NCBI RefSeq assembly: GCF_009914755.1
Contig: NC_060927.1
Reading direction: 5' to 3' (one strand)
Source: the human T2T-CHM13v2.0 reference genome, Homo sapiens
Length of the DNA: 64,000 bases
The notes beneath the pieces are model-generated. The model had not been told where the DNA came from, did no database searches, and saw only the letters and a program-made list of their open reading frames with translations. The position numbers were made by a program, and so were the translations under genes. This document shows positions 45,232-59,849 of this stretch, one piece after another. Each line of letters opens with the position of its first letter. The first letter of the stretch is position 1.

Positions 45232-46193
45232 ATTCTATTACTGAGTGTTGAACAGAGCACAGCATCTACTAGTCATAAGCACAGTAATCCCAAAAGGCTA
45301 CTGAAAATTGGACCTGGAGGAATAACTACATGTTAAATTATTTTAAGCTATGAGAAGTTTGAATAATTCCATTCCTGAAGTTACCTAAATAGCTTTCAGG
45401 ATTACTCATCAGAAACTCTTCAACATAGGGATTGCTCATCTGAAACTTCTCAATGCTGTTTTAGCTGAAATTATAGAGTACCATTAAATCACTATTTTTT
45501 TGCTGGAGAGAAACTTAAACTGAGGATAATAATTTAACAGCCAGCCTCATACCACTGACAGAATGGAAGATGTTATCAGAGAAAGTCACCTTTACTCACC
45601 TTTTAATTGGATAAGTTAGCATTTGCCACTACAATTAAATAACCACATTTAAATATTCTGAGACATAGCTAGGCTTCAAGAAACAGTATAGCATTTATAA
45701 ATCCAGTGACGTTAGTAAAAGCCTAAAATACAATATTAACAACTTTACCGATATACTGACAACATGTATCTTTGAGAACAACTGATCCAATGGTCCATGT
45801 ATTGTCATTAAATATAAAACCCTTTTATTTTCATGTTGTTCTTTTTTTGCATATAAGTAAAAAATAAGATTTATAATAGAATTTTAAGACTCATAGGGAC
45901 TCACATTAAGCTAAGATTAAATGACAAAACTTAAAATTACTAATTTGCTTTGACTGGTATCAATATTAAATAAATTTACATACTTTGGGGGAGGGAAAAA
46001 GGGAGAGCTCACTAAAGCATTTGTGTTGCAATATAATCATAATTATATTTTTGAAATTTTCTGATTTATTGAGCAGAAAACACTCACTAGAAATAGTATT
46101 TGTTGAAATTCTAACTTCTAAACTGTTGCTATTTCTTAAGTATTTACTCAGATTTCTGAGCCTATTTTTTGGAGTTTAAGACCATGAGAGCTA

Positions 46194-46357
46194 GGCCAGG
46201 TGTGGTGGCTCATGCCCATAATCTCAGCACTTTGGGAGGCTGAGAGGATCCCTTGAGCGAGAGGATCCCAAGCGAGAGGATCCCTTGAGCTCAGAAGTTC
46301 AAGACCAGCCTGGGCAACGTAGTGAGACCCCCCATCTCTGGGGGGGGAAAAAAAAAA
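46194..46357 (+). mobile_element. Alu monomer with internal triplication
   Basis: AAGACCATGAG repeats at 46178 and 46356. Confidence 0.85.
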
Positions 46358-46486
46358 GACCATGAGGACTTAGGTGCTTCCCACCCAGTGGATGCTGCCT
46401 CACTAACCACCAGGTTCCTGCAGGTTGATTTGGAGAAAGCTGAATGAGAGACCGATAAGTCTCAAATGACAGATCCTCCTCACTAG

Positions 46487-46835
<349 letters not shown>

Positions 46836-48596
46836 CCTTACAACTGCTTTTACACAATTTTGTGTACAACCTCAGAGAGGAGGAAGAACTTCTTTTGTAA
46901 CAAGTATTTGCTGCCATCTTTGAGGCAAAGAATTTGACGGAAAAAAGTAAGGTATCTTGTCAGCACCAGGGAACAATTATATATAGAGAGAATTGCAGTG
47001 TGCTTGATCTTTTCCCCATCCATTGTAAATATAACTTAGAAAGAATATGCCATAAATTATTCAGATCTTAGAAAAAAAGTTACAAGCACATGGGTATACA
47101 CTGAAATGATGTTAGTAAAAGACGGAAAACAATCTAAGTGTCTAACTATAGGGTACTAGTTAAAGTTTAGAACATTCATATAATAGAGTAAGGCCAACAG
47201 ATAAATGAGAAAACTCTTTTTGTGCTGATATGGATGATCTCTGAGATAAATTGTGAAGGAAGAAAAGGTTTAGAGCAGTGTATATAGTATTCTACCATTT
47301 GTATTAAAATGGGGGAAGAATATATTTACGTATCTGCTGTATAAAATGTCTTGAAACATATAATCTATTAGGTCACCTTAAGGCAGGAGAACAGATTGGC
47401 TGCAGATAGAGGTGGAAAAACAATGAGGTGCAAGAGGCTGAGGCAGCACCCTGCCTACTTCGCTTTTGCTAAGCTCTGCCAGTGTCTAAACTGGGTTGTC
47501 AAAATTGATAAGGAACTTAAAAAGCCTTAGTGTGATGACATAAGCTGAGGCTAATTTTGGCTTATCTTCATGATTTAGTAACTAGGTAAGAAAAAAAGGG
47601 TCGAATCCTTACGAGACCCCTGTTTTCTTTGGCTCCCCTACTTCAGTCTTCACCACTGTGTTTATAAGCCAAGGACTCCTTTGTTTCAAATGAGACAAAT
47701 GCATGTGAAGTGTTTAGAGCAGTGCCTGGCACTGGTATCCAGTATCCAGTAAGTAGTACCTATGCTTATAACTGCAGATGATGCATGGATGAGGTGGGAG
47801 GAAAGGGAGCACACTTAAAACCAATGCCCTGAGAATGTCAGTATTTTCAGTTATGACAAAAACAGGTTTGCACCATTCTGGATGGATATGTAACAATAAC
47901 TATATCACACCATTTTACTCTGGGAATTTATCCTCATAACCTCAGGATCTGTACTGAGATGCAGCTTCAAATAATGTTCAACAAAACACTGCTTATAGCA
48001 GTAAAACATTAGAAACTACCTAAAATATACAAAGGGGGTTTGTATGAGCAAACTATGGAGTACTGTATTGTGATTAAAAATAAGAAACTCAAAGTTAGAA
48101 AATATATGGAAAAAGAGAGAAATTGCTGAGTTTTTTACAGATTCTTTTAATAATACATAAAATATTTGGGGATTGTTACCTATAAAGTAGAATATGATGG
48201 TCGTGCTATTCAGAAGTACGAATGCTAATTTCCCCACTTCAAATGATGGGTGTTTTGGCTCAAGAAAGAACGAGCATCTTCATGACAGTTGTTACTTGCT
48301 TAAATAATGGGTTGGAGAAATTGGTTTGAGAGCACTTGCTGGACCAATAACTGGTTTCTTTTGGGGAGCCCAGACCGATAGCCAACCTTTGTGATATTTT
48401 TCTCTTCTGAGTGATGATAAGCATGAAATATCATCCCTGTGTTGGCTTTAGCTGATTTTTCATTAATTGATTGGATAAGGTTGGACATAAAATGAATGAA
48501 TAAGAATTATGGCAAATTTGAAGCTTTGCATTAATTTTAGCTTCTGTCACTTTGAAGCTCTTTAGTACATTGATTAGTAGAAAACAGAATTGATGA

Positions 48597-48969
<373 letters not shown>

Positions 48970-49264
48970 GAACCAATACTTTTAAAAAGAAAAATGAGAT
49001 AGAAATATGGAAACCAAAACACGTTGTTGTTCATTTCCCAGTTATGGAGTGTTGTGTTTCCCACTATAGCATTATTCAGACCTCCCTGATGTGTTAAGGT
49101 AGGTTAGTTTGTGGTCCAGTTCCTTTTACAATTCATTTTTAGAGTTCCCCTGACTAGCTCATCAGTTCTAAGTTGTAACAATGACTCTGCCACTGTTTCC
49201 TGTGGGCATAGGGCAATAATGTGCACATGAAATGCAGAATTCATCGTGGCTCTATTGCTGTGGT

Positions 49265-49326
49265 GGCATTCTATTTAATAATTGCAGAGGACTTGGGCGT
49301 TCTATTTAATAATTGCAGAGGACTTG
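49265..49326. repeat. 31-bp tandem duplication
   Basis: GGC(A/G)TTCTATTTAATAATTGCAGAGGACTTG twice. Confidence 0.95.
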
Positions 49327-49593
49327 TGCCAACATAGCTTCTGGGCCCACTTCTATATTTCTAGGAGGTAAAGAGGCAGCATTTCTAGAACTGGAATGAG
49401 TTAAGATATGGTAGCCCTTTGCAGGACTAAACACAGTGTTTGTGCTGCTTTTTGAGGTTTGAGTTTATTTAAGCAAAGAGTAACAGGATTCTGTACTGTA
49501 GTGAATGTGGTTTTCTACATTTAAGTAAATGTGGTTTTATTGGAATGAGTCATTACTCTTCTAAATATATTGTTGTATTCTTTTTTCTTACAG

Positions 49594-49674
49594 GGGCCAG
49601 ATCATCAAACAATTTTATTTAACCACGGTGCAGTTCAGAATATTGCTCACCTACTAACCTCACTGTCCTACAAA
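49594..49674 (+). CDS. ARMC8: ARMC8 exon 7 ([27 protein letters not shown])
   Basis: TTACAG| ... AAA|GTAAGA; 81 nt, phase 0-0. Confidence 0.95.
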
Positions 49675-50357
49675 GTAAGATGTTAAAAATTGTGGCCAGA
49701 TTTGTATACCTTGTTTGTGATTTCTAGAAACAGACCCACATATTTTTATTGTTTCTTTGATAATTGTGATCAAAAGTAGTATTTTATCAGTAAAATGTTA
49801 TAGGGCATCATTTTAGCTATAGAATGCTCTTTAAAAAAAAAAAAAAGCTGCCCTTGCATCTCTTTTTTAGGATACAGTTGTACCATGAGTTCTTATTGAT
49901 TTGCACCCATTAAATTTAAAATCTTTTTTGGATAGCTACCAGTGCCATGATGCCTTGAAGTATAGAAGCAGTGGCTTTCTATATCAAGAAGGAACAGAAT
50001 TTCATATTTGAGACCTTTATTTAACCACAGTGTCTCAGACTTAGCATATTCCTGCATATACATCAGCATTTAAAATGTGTTATGTTTTGTATTTTTAGTT
50101 AAAAAGTAAAGAGTTTCCAGACTTAACTAATTACGTTTTCTTTTATATATGAAAGCAAGCAGTGTCATATTACCAGGTGTTGAGTTAAAACCTTCGCCAT
50201 TCATTGTTGTCCATCTACAAGTTGTAGCAAATATTGGCATGTAGTCTTTAATTGTGTAACATTAGAGTTGGGTATTGCAGGAGTTACTTGCAGAACAGGG
50301 AAGCAGTCATTTTTGTCTTCTGTCCTCTTGCAGTGACTCCATTCTGTCCTTTTAGTC

Positions 50358-50665
50358 TTTTTTTTTTTTTTTTTTTTTTTTTTGAGACAGAGTCTCGCTT
50401 TGTTGCCCAGGCTGGAGTGCGGTTGCACGATCTTGGCTCACTGCAAGCTCCGCCTCCCACGTTCACGCCATTCTCGTGCCTCAGCCTCCCGAGTAGCTGG
50501 GACTACAGGCACCTGCCACCACCCCTGGCTGATTTTTTCTATATTTTAGTAGAGACAGGGTTTCACCATGTTAGCCAGGATGGTCTTGATCTCCTGACCT
50601 TGTGATCCGCCTGCCTTGGCCTCCCAAAGTGCTGGGATTACAGGCGTGAGCCACCGTGTCCGGCC
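50358..50665 (-). mobile_element. AluY-like
   Basis: CTGCAAGCTCCGCC, TTCACGCCATTCTC; TSD TGTCCTTTTAGTCTTT. Confidence 0.93.
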
Positions 50666-51868
50666 TGTCCTTTTAGTCTTTAAATTTATTTCAGGTAGGG
50701 CCTACTAATGTGTATGTTTTCCCTACCTCAGCTATCTAGTTTAGTCTTGGTAAAGAGCTCATAAGGATAGGAATGGAGAGTGGAACTAACTTCAAACTAG
50801 CCAGAGGCAGGGGAAATAAATATATACTGAAAGGTACCTCCTCTTTCCTGTGCCATGCAAAGGCTAAACCAGTCAGCACTTGCACATCAAGAAACAATTG
50901 TTTGGGTGGCTGTTTATTGTTCCTTTACTTCATCTCCTCTAGCTTCATTAATTCCCCCAGCTCTTCCTCCATTTCTCCTATCTTTTCTGCACTAGACTTC
51001 CTTATTTACTATAATGATTTGAAAAACCTACAGGTTGTGGAAAGGGGACTAGTCTGGTAACATTACTCTTCTGCCAGGGTTTGCTGTATTACCAAAGTGC
51101 CATTAATGTATTCTAGGTTCCTCCTGTGGGCACATGCTAGTGCTGCAGAGCATTGCCCAAGTGAGGGGCAGGGCTTCTTCATACCCCAGCTACCTATCCT
51201 GTGAGTGCTTGTCAACCTCAGGTTCCACATTAAAACATCATGTGTAGACTCAGACTTAGAAGTGAGGATTAGATTGGATTAGAATGGAAAGAATTAAAAA
51301 AAAAAAAAACATCTCTTAGGAGCTTCTGGAAATTGTAAAGCATATTATATATGGTTAAGGATTGGGCCCTTGGTATTATCCCAAACCAGTAACCTAGTTT
51401 TGAGGAATAGTAGCACAATTCATGGGTGTTTTAAAAGTTAGCGCTTCTTAAATTTTATTGTAATATTGTTTCCTCTCCTTCTGTTCCCTGTCTCCAATCC
51501 ATACATAAAAGTATTCTATTTTTTTATTCGCTTTGAAAGCCACTTGGTAATTAATTGTTACTAAGTTCTCTTTGTCTTACCAACTGTATTTTGTATAGTG
51601 TTCTTTTAATTTTGATTAGGGATTTATCTAGTTAAATTTAAATTGCTACTTCCTGATTTTTTTCCTATTCAAAATTAGTTCTAACTTTTATAGTTAATTT
51701 TAACTTACTGTACTCTGCAGCTGTACAGGTGTTATTGTTATTTCTTTGAGGCCTGTTAGTATTTTAAGCAGATTTACATAATTTTTTAGAAGAGTTTAGA
51801 TTCTGAGACATTAAAATTTGCATTTGCAGAATTAAACACATTTTTTGTTTGTTCATTTATTTTTACAG

Positions 51869-51944
51869 GTTCGAATGCAAGCACTGAAATGTTTCTCAGT
51901 TTTAGCTTTTGAAAACCCCCAGGTATCGATGACCCTGGTAAATG
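51869..51944 (+). CDS. ARMC8: ARMC8 exon 8 ([25 protein letters not shown])
   Basis: TTTTACAG| ... G|GTAGGC; 76 nt. Confidence 0.95.
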
Positions 51945-52041
51945 GTAGGCTGGAGCTTTCAGTGGCACCTACATGATTTAATTGATGAACTTTTTAGATT
52001 TAAAGAATTTCCTTAATCATTGTTGTTTGTTTTATTTCTAG

Positions 52042-52132
52042 TTTTGGTTGATGGAGAATTGTTACCACAGATTTTTGTGAAGATGTTACAGAGGGATAAG
52101 CCTATTGAGATGCAGCTCACATCAGCAAAATG
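52042..52132 (+). CDS. ARMC8: ARMC8 exon 9 ([29 protein letters not shown])
   Basis: TTTCTAG| ... TG|GTAAAA; 91 nt. Confidence 0.95.
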
Positions 52133-52627
52133 GTAAAAGTCAGGACAATGTGGGAAGAAAGACAGTGCTTTATCAATATCTTAGAGTATTTTTGGACAAC
52201 CAAATTTGCTTGCTTCCAATCCCCATTTTATTTTGAGATTTTGAAATTTGAAAGTCAGGAGTCCATCCCACATTTTCTTAAATGGATGTGAGTTTTTTAT
52301 ACTCAGCTTATTACTAGTAATATGCAGAACAGGAACTCTCGTATAACATCTGAGACTGTCTTCAGAAAATTACTTTATTACATCCTCAAACTACTGTCCT
52401 TCTACTTCAGTTGAAATAATACTGAATTAGATTAGATTTAACCAACATATACTATGCTAAGTATTAGCCAGGGAAATACAAAGATATAGAAATATGGAAT
52501 GAGAATTAGTTGAAGTTGATAACCAAGGGATGATTTCAGAGAACGTGGCTTCCTCATCTTTTAAGGAAAAAAAAAAAACACAAAATCTTCAAAAGTTGTG
52601 ATGGTTTAGAAGATACTTATGCAAAGG

Positions 52628-52924
52628 TTTTTTTTTTTTTTTTCTAGACGGAGTCTCACTCTGTCACCCAGGCTGGAGTGCAGTGGCAACTATCTCGGCT
52701 CACTGCAACCTCCGCCTCCCAGGTTCAAGCAATTCTCCTGCCTCAGCCTCCTGAGTAACTGGCATTACAGGCACATGCCACCACGCCTGGCTAATTTTTG
52801 TATTTTTAGTAGAGACGGGTTTCACCATGTTGGTCAGGCTGGTCTCAAACTCCTGACCTCGTGATCCACCTGCCTCGGCCTCCCAAAGTGCTGGGATTAC
52901 AGGCATGAGCTACTGTGCCCAGCT
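52628..52924 (-). mobile_element. AluS
   Basis: Antisense dimer. Confidence 0.92.
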
Positions 52925-54027
52925 GCAGAGTTTTTATTAGCACAATTTCTGGCTCATGTAAGCATTCAGTGCATGTTCTGTAATTATCAATACATGAATG
53001 GGTGTGTTGAGCACTTGTGTAGGGTTCTGTGCTAAGTTTAATCTTAGTATTTAAGCTGTGGTTCTAACATTTTGGTGAGAATTTGGCATTTTCAATGAAT
53101 TACTCATGTATCGTGAATTGTTTGGTTTTTATTTGTTTGTATCATTTTTTGCTTTTTGTCTTTAAAACTGAGCATTTGCCTCTGTCAGTAAGGTAATGTT
53201 CTAAAGTAAATGGTTTCAGAAAAACAATATGGTAACAAGCCTCAAGATAATAACAACTACAAATATTTCAGCCGTCTACAATATAAGTAAAATGATTTTA
53301 CCTGTTTATAACTTTCGGTAGAAGCCAACGTGAGATGTTTTAATTTTTTTCCCCCATCTTGCTAAAGGAATGTAATCAAAAAGGAAATTCATTAATTTAA
53401 ATTTCTGAAGCGCTTAATGTTCAGCGCCTGCCTGGGGAATAAAAATTAATTATATTCTTATTCAAAGGCAGCTTATAATTGTTTTTCAGTAGAACCAAAT
53501 TATTGACTCGTTCCCAAAGCCCCTGCTGTTAACCTCTGAATAGTTCATTTCTGATGGATAGCTGTGTTACAAGTTAAATGCCTCTTCTGTGATACTTCTA
53601 CTGCATTTGGAGTTAGAATATTCCAACTTCATTTAAACTGAGATAATGTGTTCATCTTATGTTTCATTTTGAACATTTTTCCCTTTTTATTATGGAAAAT
53701 TCTGAAGTATAAAGAATACAACATGTGCCCAGCACCTAGCCTCAAAATGTGTCCATCATTAGGTTATTTATTTTTAAAACTATTTGGTAGGTTTTTGTTT
53801 CATTTTGTTTTTTTAAATATCTGGCTTACCATCTGTATTTGTCAGTTAGTTTTCTTTGACTATTAAATTGACTGAACCTCCGAAAAGCGAATTGTCAAAA
53901 TCTTCACTCTCAAGATAAGTGATATTATTTGGTTTTCGATTTTTTAATAAAATCTTAAAGGCAAATAATTTTTCATTTAAAGCTTTAAACTCCAAGCAAA
54001 AACTTATTTTCTGCTGTCTTATTCCAG

Positions 54028-54088
54028 TTTAACTTACATGTGTAGAGCTGGAGCAATTCGGACAGATGATAACTGTATTGTATTAAAG
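54028..54088 (+). CDS. ARMC8: ARMC8 exon 10 ([20 protein letters not shown])
   Basis: TTCCAG| ... AAG|GTAAGC; 61 nt. Confidence 0.95.
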
Positions 54089-55276
54089 GTAAGCTAATTA
54101 ATTATCTTTAAAATGTGAAAATTATCCAGTTATGTGTTAAATATCAGTATTGATATTCATATTTCATTTTACACATTTATCATTATGATATATGTGCATG
54201 GCGTAGAATAATATTGAAAGACCATGCTTTCTTTTCAGTGGATGTCATATAGTTTTTAAAAATTGATTTTAGATGTGTTTCGAAAGTCAGCGTGAAATAA
54301 TTATTTCATTGTCACAGCCTTTCATTTTATGGTAATTAGGAGGATGTGGAAATTGTAAAAGTGTACAATTCAGGTGAAACAGAAAATATATTTCGTTCTT
54401 GATTGTCATTAAATTTGTACTACAGTTTTAGAGGCAGACGATTTGCCACTTTTGCAGAAAAAGACTTTATATCATTCTCATAGCTGATAATCAAAAGGCA
54501 TAATGAAAGAGAATAAGTAGATAACACATGAAAACAAGCATTGTCATTGTGATATGTCATATACAACTTGAATTTAGAAAAACCTGGAGAAAAGACCAGC
54601 CCTAAAAGTCCTAAAACCTGGATTCTGGTTTTAGCACTCCCACCTCTGACTGTACATCCTTTATTCTTTTGATGCCTCGGACTCCAGATTATGAAAATTG
54701 AAGCAATAATTCCTGCTCATCTATGCACAGGGTTATTGTGAGGATAACAATATATTAAATACATTAAAATGTCTTATTAGCTATAAAAAATTAAGTATAA
54801 GTAAATTGATGATGTGTCATTTTATAAATATGAGATCTCACATTATCATTGTTCAAAAGGTGATCCCAAGGATAAAAGAGCACAAAGAAGACTAATATTT
54901 GCTTTAGTCTTTGGGGAAGAGAATTAATTTAATGAGATCTGAACACTCCCTAAGTAAACAACTCTTCATAGAGTGCCACGGACTTCCATAGCATTTATCT
55001 TGATTTATTTACTTCTCTAACCTTCCTCTTTTTCTGCATTGGTAAAATGTTAGTAGTATATTCTTCACATAGTAGTCATGAGCATTAGATTACATAATTC
55101 ATGAATTTATGGTATCAATAAATATTAGTAACTAGTAATGTTAGGGAAAAAAGAATAGGGCCTTCCCCTTGGAAACCTAGGGTTGAATTATAAAGCTTCT
55201 ACTAGCCTAATAGGAAATTAGTAGTGAACGATGAAGTGCTAAGCTCTGTGGTAAAAGATATAATAGGAACTTATTA

Positions 55277-55660
<384 letters not shown>

Positions 55661-56342
55661 CTAATGTAGATAAGTTACCAAACCATTGCCAAGATTTTTG
55701 AGGGACCTCAGAAGTAAAATTGGACTCATGGATACCACTGCTAATTCCAGCAAGTTACTGGGAAAACCTAGCAACTGTGATACATTTCAGTTGCATTATA
55801 GTAGAACTGGTGGAATCTGAGTAATGGTAAGATCACTGCAGTTTTAAAGCTGTATTTTGTTTTGGCAACTGTAGGTATGACTCCCCAAACCAAAAAATAA
55901 ACGATATTACTCACTAAGGAAGAGATAGCATACTTTTCCTAAGGCAAAATCATTCCTGATTAAACTGCTGGGTCTTTTTTAGGTAAATAAATAGATAGAT
56001 AGGGCAGAACCATCAGACATGATTTGTTAGGGATTCTTAAATGTCTTTTACAAAGTTGTACAATAAAACTTGTCTTATCGGTCCCAAAAGCCTAATTAGA
56101 ATTTGTATTAATATACTTTGACGTACGAATAGAGTTTAATGTGCCAGTACAAATTATTAATGTGTACTGAATTTTGCTTGTTTTTGCATTTTAAAAAAAT
56201 CTTTTATTCTCTAGAAGTCAGTAAAGGAAATATATGATCATAAACATTACTCCTGATAAAAGCTATTGAGTTGATTCAGTCACTATATGCTTAAGCTTTT
56301 ACCTTTACCAAAAAGCAAATAATTAATCTCACTACCTTTCAG

Positions 56343-56543
56343 ACATTACCTTGTTTGGTTCGAATGTGCAGTAAGGAGAGATTACTAGAGGAGAGAGTTG
56401 AAGGAGCTGAGACACTTGCCTATCTGATTGAACCAGATGTTGAGCTACAGAGAATCGCTAGCATAACTGATCACCTCATTGCCATGCTTGCTGATTATTT
56501 CAAGTATCCCAGCTCAGTGAGTGCCATCACTGATATTAAAAGG
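56343..56543 (+). CDS. ARMC8: ARMC8 exon 11 (TLPCLVRM...AITDIKR)
   Basis: CTTTCAG| ... AGG|GTATGT; 201 nt, phase 0-0. Confidence 0.95.
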
Positions 56544-58673
56544 GTATGTTATTTTCCTTTTTTAGCAGCTCAAGGGAGATTTTTCTAAAGTTTTTCTTAC
56601 TGTTCACAGTTTTGAACCAATTGATAACTACAGCTTAAAGCCCTTTTAAATAAAGGTTCTTTTATCTTTGGTAACATAGATAATATTGCTTTGTGAATTT
56701 TTGAATCCAAGTTGTTTAATGTTTATTGTCAGAAAGTTTTTACTGAGCAGATAAGCAATAAAGAAAATTGCATCCTAACTCCCCAACTAAACCTCAAAAG
56801 TAGTGGATTCTCCAAGCTGGGTATTGACATAACCGTATAATCTTATTCTTGGTCATGGAATCATCTCTGTTGTTACATTCTCATTCTTTAGGTCAGGAGT
56901 AATCTTTTTGTTACAGGAGACTAAGTTGTCCCATGTTACTTTCCACCACAGTCTATTTTGTTACCTTTCCCTATCTTCTCTTTTTTCCAGTTTCATACTG
57001 TGCTTTGGGCCTGCTAGTGACAGCTAAAGCATCATTTAATCTTGAATTTGGGACCAAAAAGGCCAAATTGTGCTTTTTCTGAAAACCTAAGTTCCTTAGA
57101 ATAGATCGGTATTTATTTTGACTTGTTGCATCTCAGCCTGTTTGCCCTATCCATTTCTTTAAGCATAGGAGATGAACATTCTGTAAGAGAAAGTTTATTC
57201 AAGGAGGTCATGGTAGAGAGAACATTGCCTCTTAATTAGTAGCCAGTACTGTTTCATGAATGTAACTGTATTTTTCATGCCAGTGGTTCCAATGGTAACT
57301 ATTCTCCTTTTGACCTCTCCCTCATGCTTTTGAGTTTCAAAAAACCTCATTTGGTAGGCAGTTGTTCATTTGGCTTTTAACTTTGAAAATAAAGCAAACT
57401 ATTAAGGGTATATCTTTACTCTGTCTTAAGAAGGGCCTAAAATAACCTTCACTGGTATTTGTATTAGTAATGTACTCTACTCTCTGGGTATTAAACTTAT
57501 GTGTCTGCTCTTCTTTCAGTAGTGGTGTTTTTCCAGTAGAAGTGATGGGTTACATACATTTAACCAGTTGCCTTGTCTGTTTTCCTTCTGGTCATTTTTT
57601 CACACTGACACTGTATCTTACCAATACAAAGATACATGAGCAACCCTTAGCTACTGCCTCATGAACGCCCTGAGTTGACCACCCCAGGAAGGCACATAAA
57701 ATGTTTTGATGGCCATGAGAGTAAGGAAACAATTTTAAGAACATGTAGCCTATGCATATGCAAATCATTTAACTAGTACGTAGATTATCCCTTCTGTTAG
57801 TTTTTCCATTTCATTTCCATCAGAGTAAAACTGTAACAACAATAATCCTTAAAAATGACATCGTAATACCAAACTTGAGTAATAGTTTGTTTTGTCATCT
57901 TTATTTTTGATGATGGATTATCCAAAGGTTTCTGACCCGAAAAGTATAGACACTAGACCCGTAAAGAGAAATCTTCACATGTTAATAAATTTGTGATTTT
58001 CATGATATGTTAGTTCAAGTCAGTATTATATCTTAATTTATGACTAGAATGTAGTTAAGACTTTAAGAGTAGATACTTTTAGAACTTATCAAAGTGAGTA
58101 TTCTGTATTGGGAAGTTCTTCCTATAATCCATCAGTGTCTGCTTTGAACAGAAGTTTTGGAACTATTAAGAATTGCCTTCAGAGCCACCCCAAATTATAT
58201 ATATATGTAAAATATATATATTGTCTTTTGCTTTCTGTGGAATTTTTTGTTACCTACGTTATATTACCCAACTGAATTTCTCCATCTTCACACACAGTCA
58301 GTGACAACTAAAAGTCTCATCATTGATCAAGCTATACCACTGTCAGTGTTTTCTAGCTAATAATACCAGTTAGCTCTTTAGGAAGTTTCAAAAGAGGGTC
58401 TCAGAATGTTATGAACAACACCTACATCATTGGATGAGTGAACCTTTCCAAAGTAACTTCTTTGGGAAAAGTGGTATTCATTTGGATGATTACATTAAGG
58501 CTTTTAGTTACGAGGTTATTTATATTATTGGTAGACTTTGTATAGTTACTTGGTCATAGTCAGTCATTGAAAGTATCCTGAAAATATGCTTCTGTTTTAT
58601 CTTTACAGTAGTTTGGTGATCAAGTTTATAGAAGAGTTGATAATTAGTTATGCATGTTTAAAGATACCATTAA

Positions 58674-59137
<464 letters not shown>

Positions 59138-59647
59138 TCTAAAAGCTTTTTAAATGCCAAAATTAGGCCAGCACTACTCTTAATGTTTCAGAAAATTAAG
59201 GGAACCCTCCTAAAGACATTGTTGCGATTTCATTCAGGTTATCAGCTGTAGTCTGGGGCTAGAGAAGTCCAGGTGTGCCTTCTTTTGAAGGAGAACATTT
59301 CAAACAGCTGCTGCAAGCAAGCATTAGTGCCAGTAAAGCTACCATTTAGGAACACTGAATTTTTCGGAGTCAGAGATTCACAATGGTTTTTCATATATCA
59401 GTGTCAAATATAGTGTTCACTTTTAAATGGAAGCATATTGTGTGCATTTTAGGTCACATTGATACGAACACTGCAAAGTCTCAGTGCTATGTGAACAGAA
59501 TCCAAAAATAACTGGGAAATGTAGTTAATGACTGGGAAATTCACTAAAATCTAAAAGTTGTAAACTTTTTTTTTCTTCAACTCAGTTAATGTTATTGAAA
59601 GTTGAATTTATGGACTGAGTTGGAACATATCCTTTTTTTCCCCATAG

Positions 59648-59743
59648 CTTGATCATGATTTAAAACATGCTCACGAACTCCGCCAGGCTGCATTCAAGCT
59701 CTATGCCTCTCTTGGAGCAAATGATGAAGACATCCGGAAGAAG
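59648..59743 (+). CDS. ARMC8: ARMC8 exon 12 ([32 protein letters not shown])
   Basis: CCCATAG| ... AAG|GTGAGT; 96 nt. Confidence 0.95.
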
Positions 59744-59809
59744 GTGAGTCTGGGAGAGGGGCGTCCCCCAGTCCTGACAGCCAGCAGGCAGGGAGTGACG
59801 TCAACCTGA
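59744..59809 (+). CDS. ARMC8: ARMC8-beta specific C-terminus ([21 protein letters not shown])
   Basis: In-frame read-through of the exon 12 donor to TGA 59807-59809; total 399 aa (exon 1 start) or 385 aa (exon 1b start). Confidence 0.85.
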   Translation: MSLGEGRPPVLTASRQGVTST

Positions 59810-59849
59810 AAGTCGTGGTGAAGAGCACTAACAGTGACTGTTTGAATAT

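Noticed and set aside
51917-51930. Cryptic donor CAG|GTATCG within exon 8
   Set aside because: Use would shift the frame against exon 9; the donor after 51944 preserves the protein.
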